Positions 37,831 to 49,911 of a stretch of DNA of 64,000 nucleotides are shown here, one piece after another. Numbering within the stretch: position 1 is the stretch's first letter; each line of letters starts with the position of its first letter. The translations under genes were made by a program, and so were the position numbers. Under the pieces are notes generated by a model. It was not told the origin of the DNA. It saw only the letters and a list, made by a program, of their open reading frames with translations, and searched no databases. Origin of the DNA: Eledone cirrhosa (taxonomy: Eukaryota); the NCBI GenBank assembly GCA_964016885.1, contig OZ024744.1, positions 126,666,001 through 126,730,000 of the forward strand, written 5' to 3'.

Positions 37831-40800
37831 ATGACCTCACTCAGAATAGGCAGCATAAATGCGCGTGGCTTGGGGTCGTCCTGGAAGCAGGGTTACCTGC
37901 TCAACAACCTCAGGTCACTAAACATAGATGTAGTGGCCATCAGCGAGACCAGAATCTCCGAAGCACCGATCTTCGGCGGCTACGATGTGTACGCATCTCC
38001 CAGCCGTCCTGGATCGGGGGGGGGGGAGTTGCTGTGCTTTTTCGGAGAGGTTTGGATCTCGCCATACAGGCCATCTTCCTGGACCCAGAGGGTAAGCTGG
38101 TGGTGCTGGACGTGACCAGCGGAGACGGGCAAGCTTTCAGGCTAGTGGCCGTCTATGCCCCGACAGGAGCAGGGCGGCCGGATTTCTTCCGGCGTCTGGA
38201 GACCTTTCTTGGAACGTCCCGCTCTTTAGTGTTAGTGGGCGACTGGAACGGGATCTTAGATGCACGCTGGGACTGTGTGGGATTAGCGGATAGGGGTGGA
38301 GGGTGCAAGAGCCTCACCAACCTGCTCAGGCGTTTTGAACTGTCTGACAGGTACCAATTGGATTTCCCGAATGTGCCAATGTGGACTTGGAAAAATCGCA
38401 TAGGGTCATCCAGATCATATCTAGATAGAGTATTTTGCAGGGAAATAGATAGGTCTAGCATAGGCTGTCCACAATTAAAGATAGTCAGCTACACGGACCA
38501 CAAATTCGTGATCTGTGTGCTTGACTGAGATAGGCTTCATAGACGAGGACCCGGCTACTGGAAGCTAAACGCGATCTTACCAGCGCGCAAGGCCTACAGA
38601 GACCGGATTAGCGAACTAGTTAAGCGGGCGTTGACGGGGGCCATCGTCAACAACAAGTGGTGGTTTGCTCTGAAAAGAGCAATTAGAATAGAATCCATTA
38701 GGTTTAGTAAGGCTTTAGCAATAGAGAAAAATAGAGCAGAGGGAGAACTGGTTAGAAAATTAGACGAGGCGCTTAGCAAAGGCATTGCGACCGACGTGCT
38801 TGCGGCGAAATTGGCCCTTGACCAATTCTTCAATGCAAAGCACGAAGGCTGCGTTGTCAGAGCAAGGGTGCGTGCTCTCAGACACGAGGGGACGAAAGCC
38901 GTACAATGGGCCCGAGTGGCGGAGGCGCGTCGTGGCAACAAAGCCACGATCCGGTCTTTGGTGGACCACGACGGGCGCATGGTACTCGATCCCGGGAAAA
39001 TGTGTGAAGCTTTTCAGCGACACTTCGCTCAGCTGTTCGGGGGCAGCGGTGGGCCGGGTCTAGGGATGGACTTTAGTGTCTACCTCGACGGACTGCCGCG
39101 GCTCTCGGCCACTGAGGCGAAGTGTTGCGAAAAGCCGATAACAGCCGCTGAAGTAATGGAGGCAATGACTGGCTGCCCAAGGGGTAAATCGCCTGGTTTT
39201 GAAGGTCTGCCCTATGAACTTTACGTACAGATGCCAGACTTGTTCGGAGGCCTCTTGGCGGACGTCTACTGCAACTGGCAACAGAACGGGAGAATTCCCA
39301 GTTCTGTGAGCCGAGGAGCGGTGGCACTGCTGAGAAAGGATCCGAACAAGGGGGATAACATAGATAATTTCCGGCCCATAACTCTGCTAAACACAGTTAA
39401 AGATTTTGGCCAAGGTGCTAGCAAAGAGGTTGGCGCTTGTCGTTGGTGGTCTGGTGGGAGAGGCGCAGACATGCACCATTCCCGACAGATCCATCCACGA
39501 CAACCTCCACCTCATGCGATACATCGTAGAGAGGGTAGCTAAGGAACCTGGCACGGGTGGGTCCTTGATCAATTTAGATCAGTCGAAAGCTTTCGATAGG
39601 GTCGACCATCGTTACCGAGCGGCAGTCCTGAGGGCGGCTGGCTTTGGGCCCGTCTTCAGAGGCTGGATCGCTGCCATGCACAGCGACATCTGCTCTGTGG
39701 TGAGAGTGAACGGTCACCTGTCGGATCCGTTCAACATCATGCGCTCGGTCCGCGAAGGATGTCCCCTCTCGTCCCTCTTGTACGTATTGACTCTCGAGCC
39801 ATTACTGCACAAACTAGAGACGTTGAGGGGCGTCCCGCGCGAACTAGGATGCGGAAGATCCGTGTCAGCATATGCGGACGATGTCACCGTAGTGGTGTCG
39901 AATGCCAAACACATCGAGGCGATCGGCACTACACTAAGAGAATACGAAGCGGTGACAGGAGCAATGATCAACCAGGAAAAGTCAGTGGGCCTGCAGCTCG
40001 GCACCTGGAGAGGCAGGTCCATGCCGTCCAACAGCGTCATCGGACGCTGGACGGACGGACCGGTTAAATTGCTAGGGGTCTGGTTCGGTCCGGACCTCCA
40101 GACGGACAAAAACTGGGACGAGGTGACGAGCAGGGTGGCTTCTCTCACCCAGAAATGGGCGGAGAGGAAGCTATCCCTGAAAGGTCGAGCAGAGGTGGCT
40201 AACGCGTACATCGCGTCTGTAATCTGCTACCGCCTGACCGTCGTACCTTGTCCTAAGCCTCGCCTGACTGCGCTGGAGCGTTTGCTCTTTCGCTTCTTGT
40301 GGAAGGGACGCGCTCCGATGGTCAGGCGGTCCATCTGTTGTCAACACCCGCTACGTGGAGGGCTGAGCATGCCGTGTCTGATGATGCGCAGGCACGCGCT
40401 CAGGCTACGACATCTCTTCCTCAACGGTGATCAGGTGTGGTCGCCGTTTGCTAGACACGTATTTCCCCAGCTCGTTTCCTTGACGGAGCTGCAGTCCTGG
40501 GTCAAGCGAAGACCGAGAGGGAGCGCCTGGAGACTGGAATGTCTTCAGGCGCTCACAGCCCTCGACCAATCGGGCAATGTGATCGGTGGAAACTCCACCT
40601 CGGCGTTCTATAGAGGATTAGTGGAGGGGAAGAGCGACGACGTACTTGGGGAAACTCTAGGCGTCGACGAAAATCAACTAGCCAATCTCTTCGGAAGAAC
40701 TTTCGGGCCAGGGCCTAAGGACAACTTCCAGAAATCTCTGGCCTGGCAGTGCTACCAAGGAGCCTTGCCAGTTCGGGATAAACTCTACAGGCATGGAGGT

Positions 40801-41232
40801 GCCGTCAGCCGGGCATGTCCGAGATGCGCGCAGGGCGACGAAACCGTCCTGCACGCACTCGTCCAGTGTCCGAAAATTGCTGACTTGTGGGTTTATATCG
40901 AACACCTGCTGTCGCGTTTAGGACGGATCCGGCTATCATCTGAGTCCATCGTGAGGATTGCCCCGCCTTCCTCCTTTAGCCGGGAAGGGCAGGCAGTGTT
41001 TATCTGTCTGGTGGCCATGGCGAAAGAGATAGTATGGTGGACACGTTTGAAAGGGCTGAAGACGAGCACTTACCTCTTCGGTGATGCTCTGATTGACTTT
41101 TTCAGATTTCATTTGAAAAGGAAAATCAGGGTAGAGAGGGGAGTGCTCTCTTCCCAGCATTTTGTTGAAAGTTGGGTGAGAGAAGCAAGAATGGCCCGAG
41201 TGAATGGGCCCACTCTGAGTATGTGTCTGTAA
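37831..41232 (+). pseudogene. Tx1-type ORF2 (APE endonuclease, reverse transcriptase, zinc-binding domain), three visible lesions
   Basis: Motifs SINARGL, VYAP, GDWN, YLDR, TDH, GYWKLN, KSPG.EG, FRPITLLN, DQSKAFD, EGCPLS, YADD and CPRC..DETVLHALVQC. Lesions are a frameshift in the G-run at about 38016-38026, TGA at 38526 and a 2-bp deletion at about 39397. Confidence 0.93.
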
Positions 41233-41499
41233 ATTAAAGGTGGAAAACTGGGAGAGGGCACTTGCCCTGGTGGTCAGGGCCACTGTGGTCTTTTAATGGG
41301 CTTTCTCCACAAATGTTCCTCGGAAGTCTCCCCCCTATTGGGGAATTTTTCTTTGTTATTTTATTTCATCCTCTGTTTTTTTACACGCAGAAATGCCCAT
41401 TTGTACCGTCCTGTATTGTCCTGTACTGTCCTTAATGTCTACTTTATGTAAACCCTTGTGGTTAATAAAGAAAACATTATTATTATTATTATTATTATT

Positions 41500-42310
41500 G
41501 AATGCTATGGTTGACGGAGGCTCGGCTCTGTAAGGTATTGTAAATTTTGAACACTATAACAATTGTAAATTGTTTAAAACTTTAACGAACTTGTAGACAA
41601 AAACACCCTCCTCCTCGTGAGAGGGGTCTTTCTGCCCGTTATTTGGCCCTTCGGGGTTAAATAACTGCTTATTGGGGTTTTGTACCCAATATTTATTTTA
41701 AACAAAAAAAAACATGTCTACGAAAAAGAAATTTCATAGGTCACTCCCACTCATTCCGTCTTCTTCTTCCTCAATCATCACTACAGCAGAGAGAAGATTG
41801 TCTCTCTCCCTCCCTTCTTTAAATGTGTCTCTCTCCCTCCCTTCTCTTTCGCAAGCGACGAAAGAAAAGAAAAGTCTCGTGCAAAGCGTGCAAGGTTTCT
41901 CCACGACGACAGCGACGAAACAGGTGTGCGGGAAATACGAAAACCCAGTTCATTCGTCTGACGTCAGGAATAATAGCAGTAGCAGCCGTAATAACAACAG
42001 CAACAGTGACAATGAAAACAACAGTAGCAGCCGCAACAGCATCACCAGCAGCATAAACAACAACAGCATTAGCAGCAGCAACACCAACCACAGCAACAGC
42101 GGCGGAGGCAGTAGTCGTAGTACCTGCAGCAACAACAAAAGTAACAGCAGCTCTGACGACAACAACAACAACAGCAGCAAAGAAAAACCAATCTCATTTG
42201 CAGGTATTGCGAAAAACTTGGAAACAAATGCCCATTTGTACCGTCCTGTATTGTCCTGCACTGTCCTTAATGTCTACTTTATGTAAACCCTTGTGGTTAA
42301 TAAAGAAATC
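41500..42310 (+). mobile_element. Internally deleted tandem copy of the Tx1-type element
   Basis: 41500-42227 matches 35487-36227, then the sequence jumps to AAATGCCCATTTGTACC..., matching 41391-41475. It ends in (ATT)n. Confidence 0.93.
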
Positions 42311-42354
42311 ATTATTATTATTATTATTATTATTACTATTACTATTACTATTAC

Positions 42355-45300
42355 TCTTTGAGTCTCAGTCATTGATGTTAGTTAACTGGAAAGTTTGTTG
42401 AAATGAATATCAAGCCACTACCTGCAGCCTCAGATATTCAGGACGTATCGCACAGTTGTTGCTGTTCCCAGCAAGCATGCCTTTTGAAGCGTTCCAAAAA
42501 GCGTGTAGGGGCCAATTTTCTTTAACCATCTCTGGAAACCTTTTGAGATAGTCCCTAGTGCGCCTATGACAATTGGGATCACTTTGACTTTATGGCAGTT
42601 CCAAATCCTTTTTACCCACTTTAAGTCCTGGTATCGATTAATTTTCTCCCTCTCCTTCTCTTGCACTCTCGTGTCGAATGGGCAGGCCACATCTACAATC
42701 AGTCACGATCTTTTTTCTTTGTCCACAACCACCAGGTCAGGTCTATTGTGTTCCAGTTTCTTGTCCGTCTGTATCCTAAAGTCCCACAGCACCTTCACCT
42801 GATCGTTTTCTATCACCGACTCTGGCTTATGCTCATACCACTTCTCAGAATGTGGTAAATTGTTTACTTTGCATAGGTGCCAATAGATCACCCTGCCCAT
42901 CACATCATGTCTCCAGCCCTTATAGTGAGTCTGGGCTAGGTGTTTACACTCGGATACAATGTGAGCCAAAGTCTCCTCTCTCTCTCCACAGATCCTGCAC
43001 AGTGGGCTAGCCTCCTCCTTGTAAATATGGTGTTTCAACCACTTCGTTTTTAGGGCCTGCTCCTGCGCAGCCATTAACATTCCTTCTGTAGCCTTTTTAA
43101 GGTCTCCTCTTTTCAACCAGTTCCATGTCTGTGGATCTCTAAATTCAGTTTTCTCAAAGAAGGTACTATGAAGGGATTTTTCCTGAAGGCTGCTCTTTCT
43201 CCTTGATGTTATTTCCTCCTTGGACATACTACTATCAGTCACGTATGTGTGTAGGTTGTTTTTCTCCATCTGAACACAGTCCTCTATGCTGATAAGACCT
43301 CTTCCACCTTCAGATCTCCTTAAGTAGAGTCTATCGACATCACTCTTCTTGTGGAACATATTGTAGATAGTCAATAGCTTCCTAGTCTTCCTATCCATTT
43401 CTTTTTGTTCAGCAACATTCCATCTCAGAATTCCAGCACTGTACCTAATAATAGACACAGCTCGGGAATTTACTGCACTTATGGCATTCCTACTGTTCAG
43501 ATGTGACTTTAATACGCTCCTTACTCTCCGAAGGTATTCAGTTCTTATAAATTCCTTCATGTTTTTGTTCTTGATGTCATCAGCCTCCAGAACACCCAAA
43601 TACTTGTATCATTCTTCAGAGTCAATTTCATTTATCATCTCACCTGTTGGTACCTGGATTCCGTTACTTCTGCTCAACTTACCCTTCTTCACCACAATGA
43701 CTCCACACTTACTAATACCAAATTGCATACATATATCATTGCTGAAAATACGGACAAATAAACAAGCACGTCCACTTCTTCCCGAAGAGCTTAAGATCGT
43801 CCGTGAAGGGGAGGTGATTGATGGTAAGCCCTCCCTTTCCCAACCTGTATCCTGCTCTCACTTTTCGCAGTACACTGGTCAGGGGCATCAGGGCAAGCAC
43901 AAACAGCAGAAGGGAGAGACTATCTCCCTGGAAGATACCTCTCTTGATCTTCACGCTTCCCAAGGATTCTCCAGTTGATGTTAACTCTGTTTCCCAGGAC
44001 TTCATACTTTTGCCCCACAACTGTCTGATGTTATCTGCCACCTTGAAGATCTCCAGGCTTTTGGTGATCCTGCCCCTTAAGAGTTTCAACTGTGATAGTC
44101 AAATAATTTTGTTGGTGTGCCTGTTCACTAATCTCCTTCTGTACTGTCTCAATCCACACTGCCTGGTCATTATGTTTAACATCATGCTCCCATATTCCTC
44201 TCCAGAATGTTTTAGTTTGTTACGCCTCAGGGATCAAGTCGTTGCCTCTTTTTTTCCCCTCAAGCTGTCCAAACAGCATCTTCTGGTTGTTGTCGAACAT
44301 GCGGTTCTGTCTATACTGACTGACAATTTTCTGGTATCGCCTGATTTTTGCACTCTTTGCTACAATGCGTTGCTTCAGTTCCTTTATGATAATGTTTAGC
44401 TTTTTCCTCCTAGTTTTGTACTTTATTTCCAGTCTATTTTTAGTATCTATGTTTTTTAGTGTCCCATTCAGTAGGGACTCAAGCTTTCCAATGTCATTTC
44501 TCATTTCCCTGATTTGACCACTCAGTCGTTTCTTCCACCAAGGCTCTGCTCTTTCTTGTCTGTTGTTTGCTCTCGCTTTTATACCAAGTAGTTTCCTCAC
44601 CGTATTTGCTGTTGCCTTGAGGATATTGTTGCACAGGTGAAGGCTCCTCGCCTCAAGGTATGGGATGACTTTGTTTACCCTAGCTGTTGTTTCTTTTAAC
44701 TTTTTCCTGTCTACAAATCTTAGGTTCATAGGTCCCCCACTATCATTGTTCAATTCATCTACCACTAAGTTTAGGATATCAACAAAATATTGTCCTAGCC
44801 CGTCAGCATTCATCTCCTCGGTGGCCGTATCTCTGTTCCAGGTATTATTTATCTCAGCATTCAGATCATTGTCTGCTTCGGGTGGTTCCTCCGTTCTCTC
44901 GACCTCTTCACCTTCATTTCCCACTGGCTCGTTTGCCTGGCATACTCCACTCTCCATCTCCAAGCTAATCTCTCTGTTCAGTTCCTCCAGTTCCAGCTCG
45001 CTTATCCACCCATTAGTTCTTATTACCCGAGCCTGCCCGGTCAATTTTTGTTCATCTAATTTAAATAGACCAATCTCGTTCCAGATGTTATGCATCCGTT
45101 TCCTATAGCCTTTCTCCTTGGGGTTACTCTTCAGGTAACATTGCATAACAGTTCTATTCAATTCTTTCGTCCAGTTGGTTCTGGTCCCTTTCCTTCTTCT
45201 TCCTCCGACACCAGCAGTATTTGGTTGACAGCCAGGTCCCTGCTGCTGAGCCAGGGAGCACCTGTTGGGTGATAGTATGTCACATGACATTCTAGTCTCC

Positions 45301-45430
45301 ATTTCACCGTTATTCGCTATTCGAACTGTTTAGGTTCGACATTTAAACACTCTTATCGAGGATTGGCGAATGTATGGTTACATAACCACCGGTGATTTCG
45401 TCACTCCCGGTGATTTTTGTGTGGCATTAT
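42355..45430 (-). mobile_element. R4/Dong-type non-LTR retrotransposon (RT plus restriction-like endonuclease), decayed and with an internal RT deletion
   Basis: Motifs RGIFQGDSLS, HLPFTDDLKLF, RLYLRRSEGGRGL, CRIC...ETLAHIVSEC...RHD, LWDF.IQTD...HNRPDLVVVDK and VIPIVIGALG. The 3' end runs into (TAA)n. Confidence 0.9.
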
Positions 45431-46879
45431 CACGCTGTTGACGAACATAAATAAACAAACAAACAAACAGGCAAAAAACCCCCCCAAAAATGAATAAGCA
45501 TAAGTTTCATTGTAATGTAATGAATGCCTGACTTAGTTTTTCCCTTCTCTTCTCTGTCCGTCTGCTTGTTTTTCTCTTCCTTTTTCTTCTCTTTACGTTT
45601 TCCGTTGTTGCTATGCTGCTTTGATTTTGGCTTTTGGTTTTTTGATTTTGACCGGGTCATCAATTCAGTCTATTTATATATTTTGATGCCTTCCTCTTTT
45701 AGTGGGGACACTACGATGTAGCAGGGGGTAGCGGGAGAGAATAGCGGCGGAAGTGATAATGAGGCAGTGGAAGTGGTGGCGGTGCTGTGCTAGCAGCACC
45801 TAGCAGGAGGTAGTGGGAGAGAATAGCAGTGGTAGCGATAATGAGGCAGTGGTGGTGGTGATGTGATCGTAGTACTGTAGTGATGGTGTTGAAGTTGGAG
45901 TAGAAATAGCGGTTGAGGCGACTTGACCATAGTTTTCATCGTGGTAGTGGTGGTGGTGTTGGTGGTGAAATTATCTTTAGCTATTTAGTTATTTAGTCAT
46001 TTTGCCATTTTTCTCATTTTCGACTCTAACATTCCTGATCCAAAGTTAAATATTAATCTTGTTTATTAATATTGTCTAGTGATACCGCCACCTTCTCCTT
46101 TCGTAAGTTAACAGAAGGTAATGGGGGAATAGCGGTGGTAGCAATGAAGGAGTGGTGGCGGCGGTGATGTGATAGTGGTAGTAATGATGGATGGGTGGTG
46201 GCGGCGGTGATGGGATAGTGGTAGTAATGATGGATGTGTGGTGGCGGCGGTGACTGTAGTGATGGCGTTGTTTAATATATGTGTTGACATATTTTTCTTA
46301 ATATTGGAATTAAACATTTTGTGAAGACTTGAGACAATAATAATAGTAATTATAATTATTATGCTGGGATTGGTGGTGGTGAAATTGCCGCTATCTGGCT
46401 GTTGTATTTAGTGTACACAGAGGAGTGATGGGGTAGGTGGTGTATCTAGTTTGTGGTGTTGGTGAAATTGCTGTTATTTGGCTGTTCTATATAGTGTAGA
46501 CAGAGGGGGTGGTTTTCTTCCATTTATAACCATTTTCTTTTTTTAATGTAAAATGTATATTACAAAATTGAATATTTGAGCGATATAACAATATATTATG
46601 GATCCGAATCTTCCTGAGGTTTGAGTCGGATGCTTTATGCATCATTCGTACTAAGAATTGTTATTTCACAATTGATTTAAATATGTTAAAAATCAAAAAC
46701 TTACGGGAGCGATTTCATGACCTTCTTTCCACCATGTGCGTCTTCTTCCCTTATTATTATTATCATTATTATTATTATTATATATGTGTGTGTGTGTGAT
46801 TACTTGTCATCTGGCTTAGGCTTGTCACCAGACAATGATCGAGAAACTCTAGCACAACATTTAGAGTGCCCCTTTAGAA

Positions 46880-48940
46880 TCAACTCTCCTGGCCAGTAAA
46901 GAAAGTATTATGACATTCTATGAATCCCTCCGTGTTACAATTACATCTACTCCAGTCGAAGAAAATGTGATCATTCTTGGTGATTTCAAATCCTGAGTTG
47001 GCAGAGACCATGAGACATGGTATGCACTAGGCCATTGCGGCATCGGTAAGATGAATGCCAATGGTTTGAAGCTGCTTGAGCTCTGTTGGGAACTAAACCT
47101 AGCAATTTGCATTCTTCTGCCAAAAGAAGCATAAAGTTACCTGGATACACCCAAGATCAAAAGATAGCCACATGATAGATTTCATAGTAACCCGGAAATG
47201 CGACCTGAATGATGTCTGTAATGTGCTCGTCGTGTGTAGTGCAGAATGCTACACAGACCCTAAGATGGTTCGGAGGAAGTTTAAGTTACATATTCGGAAA
47301 AAATCTCGCATATGTGAGATCAAAACACTGAAGCGTATTGATGTTGGAAAGTTAAAACAGCTAGAGGTACATGAGGCTTTGAAAAAACTTTTGAATAATT
47401 TTGACTTCGATGGAACGTGGATAAACTTCAGGGATCAATTGTATGTATAGAGTGCCCACCAAAGTTTATTGATATGTTCGTCCGTCTGCACAGAAATATG
47501 AAAGTTCGGGTTGTCTTGAATGGAGAATTGTCAAATGAAATCCTAATTGATAATGGCGTGAAGGAGGGAGATATCCCGGCTCCCACACGGTTTGCAATAT
47601 TTTTTGCTGTGATGCTGACTCATGCATTCCAGGACTGTGCAAAGGGTGTTCTATTGCAAGTTAGAACTACAGAAAGAATCTTTGACCAAAGAAGGTTCAA
47701 TTTCAAATTCAAGGTGTTCCAAATATTAATTAGTGAACTCCTGCATTCAGACGATGCTGACTTTCTGGCTCACTCTCAAGATGACATGCAATTGTTTTGC
47801 AGCGACCTGGAATGCCCTTGGCATGAAAATTAATCTAAAAAGTACCAAGGTAATGTTCACACCATCAGCATATATTGAACCAAATATAATGGTGCATGAA
47901 ACTAGGTTGGCTGTAGTTGACGCTTTTGTTTATTTGGGTAGTGCATTATCAAGGGATGGTTCACTGGATGCAGAAATACACCTGCTCATTCAAAAGGCCT
48001 CTGTAGCCTTCAGAAAACTTGAAAAGAGAGTGTGGGCGGATCATGGAATCAATATCAAGACCAAGATTAGTGTGTACAAAGTCTACATTCTGAGTGCTCT
48101 GATGTACTCTTCAGAAACGTGGACAGTACATCGTAGACACCTTAATTTGCTTGAACACTTTAATCAAAAGTGTTTAAGACGAATCCTAAACATCAAATGG
48201 CAACAAAAATACCTGGCACACAAATCCGTATAGATGCTGTTTGCACGAGCATTGAATCTACCATCATATCCTCTCAAATGCGTTGGGTAGGCCATGCTGT
48301 GCGCATGAAAGAGGAAATACTCCCAAAACAACTATTTTATAGTCAATTGCACACTGGGAAGCGCCCTCAACACAAACCAAGAAAAAGATATAAGGATTGC
48401 CTAAAAAAACAACCTTAAAGATCAACGGTTTGAAGTTCAGAACTGGGAAGTGCTTGCTTGAAAGAGGGGTAAATGGAGAGGACATGTGATGGAAGGCTTC
48501 AGAATGTTTGAAGAGAGACGTCTTGATCATGAAGACTTAAACGTCAGCTTCGGAGGAGCCACAGTATGAACATAGGGTGCTGGATATGTAAGGTGTGTGG
48601 TCGTTTACAGCTCACTAAATCTGGGGCCATCACTCATTTAAAATCTCATAAAAAGCCAACAGTATGCAGCTCTATCCCTCCAATGCTAGGTGAGACATGT
48701 GTGGTGTGCAAAAAGACCTGCAAATCAATCTCTGGTCTTAATAGGCATATGAGGGCACATAGGGATGATATCCCACAAACTGATCCAATAAATCCAATAG
48801 AGGGCACACCTTTTGTCTGTCACATTTACTGCAGACCGTGCAAATCTAATACTGAACTTAAAAGCCACCTAAGAGGCCATGGATGGACGTTTGGAGTTGG
48901 TGATGGTTGATGGGGGTGCATCGGGTGATGGTTGATGGGG

Positions 48941-48945
<5 letters not shown>
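46880..48945 (+). mobile_element. RTE-type LINE, decayed and internally deleted, with three C-terminal C2H2-like fingers
   Basis: Motifs IILGDF, NANGLKLLELC, TWIHPRSK..HMIDF (APE); GVKEG, ELLHSDD, FVYLGS, LMYSSETW, RWVGHAVRM (RT and downstream); CVVCKKTCKSISGLNRHMRAH. Tandem tail TGATGGTTGATGGGGGTGCAT x2. Confidence 0.88.
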
Positions 48946-48984
<39 letters not shown>

Positions 48985-49859
48985 GTTATGTAGTAAGGTG
49001 TATTATTGGTTGTTTCATACAGTCCAATAAACTTTTGTTAGCAATATTAAGTTCTCCACGCTTTTGTATATCTCAAATTTCATTTAATAACACTTATCTT
49101 AAGTCTCAAACGCTTATCTTAAGGGCCCGAGGGCCCATTTGACGGGTAAACGCACACACTGACACCCTAACTCAAATACCCAACCCTACATGGAGCCCCT
49201 TGTTGGCCTACATGGCGGGTGCTTGCACGCACAGACTCGGGGACTCAGACTCTCAACGGGACACCGGCACATATAGAGTTCGATACGAGCTGACTACTTG
49301 CTCTTCACATGGATGTGTATATACCAAAACATACACTATTTAGACGATACGGATGTTACAATTCAATATATATACGTATAGCAGAACGTTGAACGGAATT
49401 TACTTGCGTGTGTATAGGGCTGTGGTTGACTCAATGTTTTTCTAATTTACATCGTGAAAATTTAGATTTGACCAATATAACGTTTGTTGTTTTGTAAGCT
49501 AACTTTCGCTGCATACTGTGTTGGTGTGTATATATATTTTCTCCCTGACATCGCGTCGGTGTGTGTAAGTGTGTGCGTACTCACTAACACTAATTGTGAC
49601 CGACCAAAATTATACAGATCTGATGCTGAGATTAAACCTGTCCAGCGTCTTTTACAGCTATTGAGAGATAGAGACTTGAGAGATTTGTGACCCTGACTGA
49701 AGACGATAGCAGCTGGCGTGTTTTGGCTGCTGAATCTTCATATGGGGAGGAAAACTCTAGTGAGTGATAATCGATCATGATCACACGATCGATCTATCCC
49801 CTACTGAAACATGTGTCGTGATTAGAATGATTGGAAATTTATACCATGCCTTCGGATCT

Positions 49860-49904
<45 letters not shown>

Positions 49905-49911
<7 letters not shown>

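Larger units (their letters stand above)
35487..41475 (+). mobile_element. Near-full-length Tx1/L1-type non-LTR retrotransposon inserted in (ATT)n
   Basis: 5' leader, ORF1 with a CCHC knuckle, and ORF2 with APE endonuclease, RT and a C-terminal zinc motif. The 3' UTR ends AATAAAGAAAAC. (ATT)n lies on both sides. Confidence 0.93.

Noticed and set aside
45430-46760. Possible minus-strand Pro/His-rich gene with a GTAAGT donor near 46700
   Set aside because: Frames are short and interrupted and the sequence is degenerate (GGT)n-like, so no consistent exon chain could be built.
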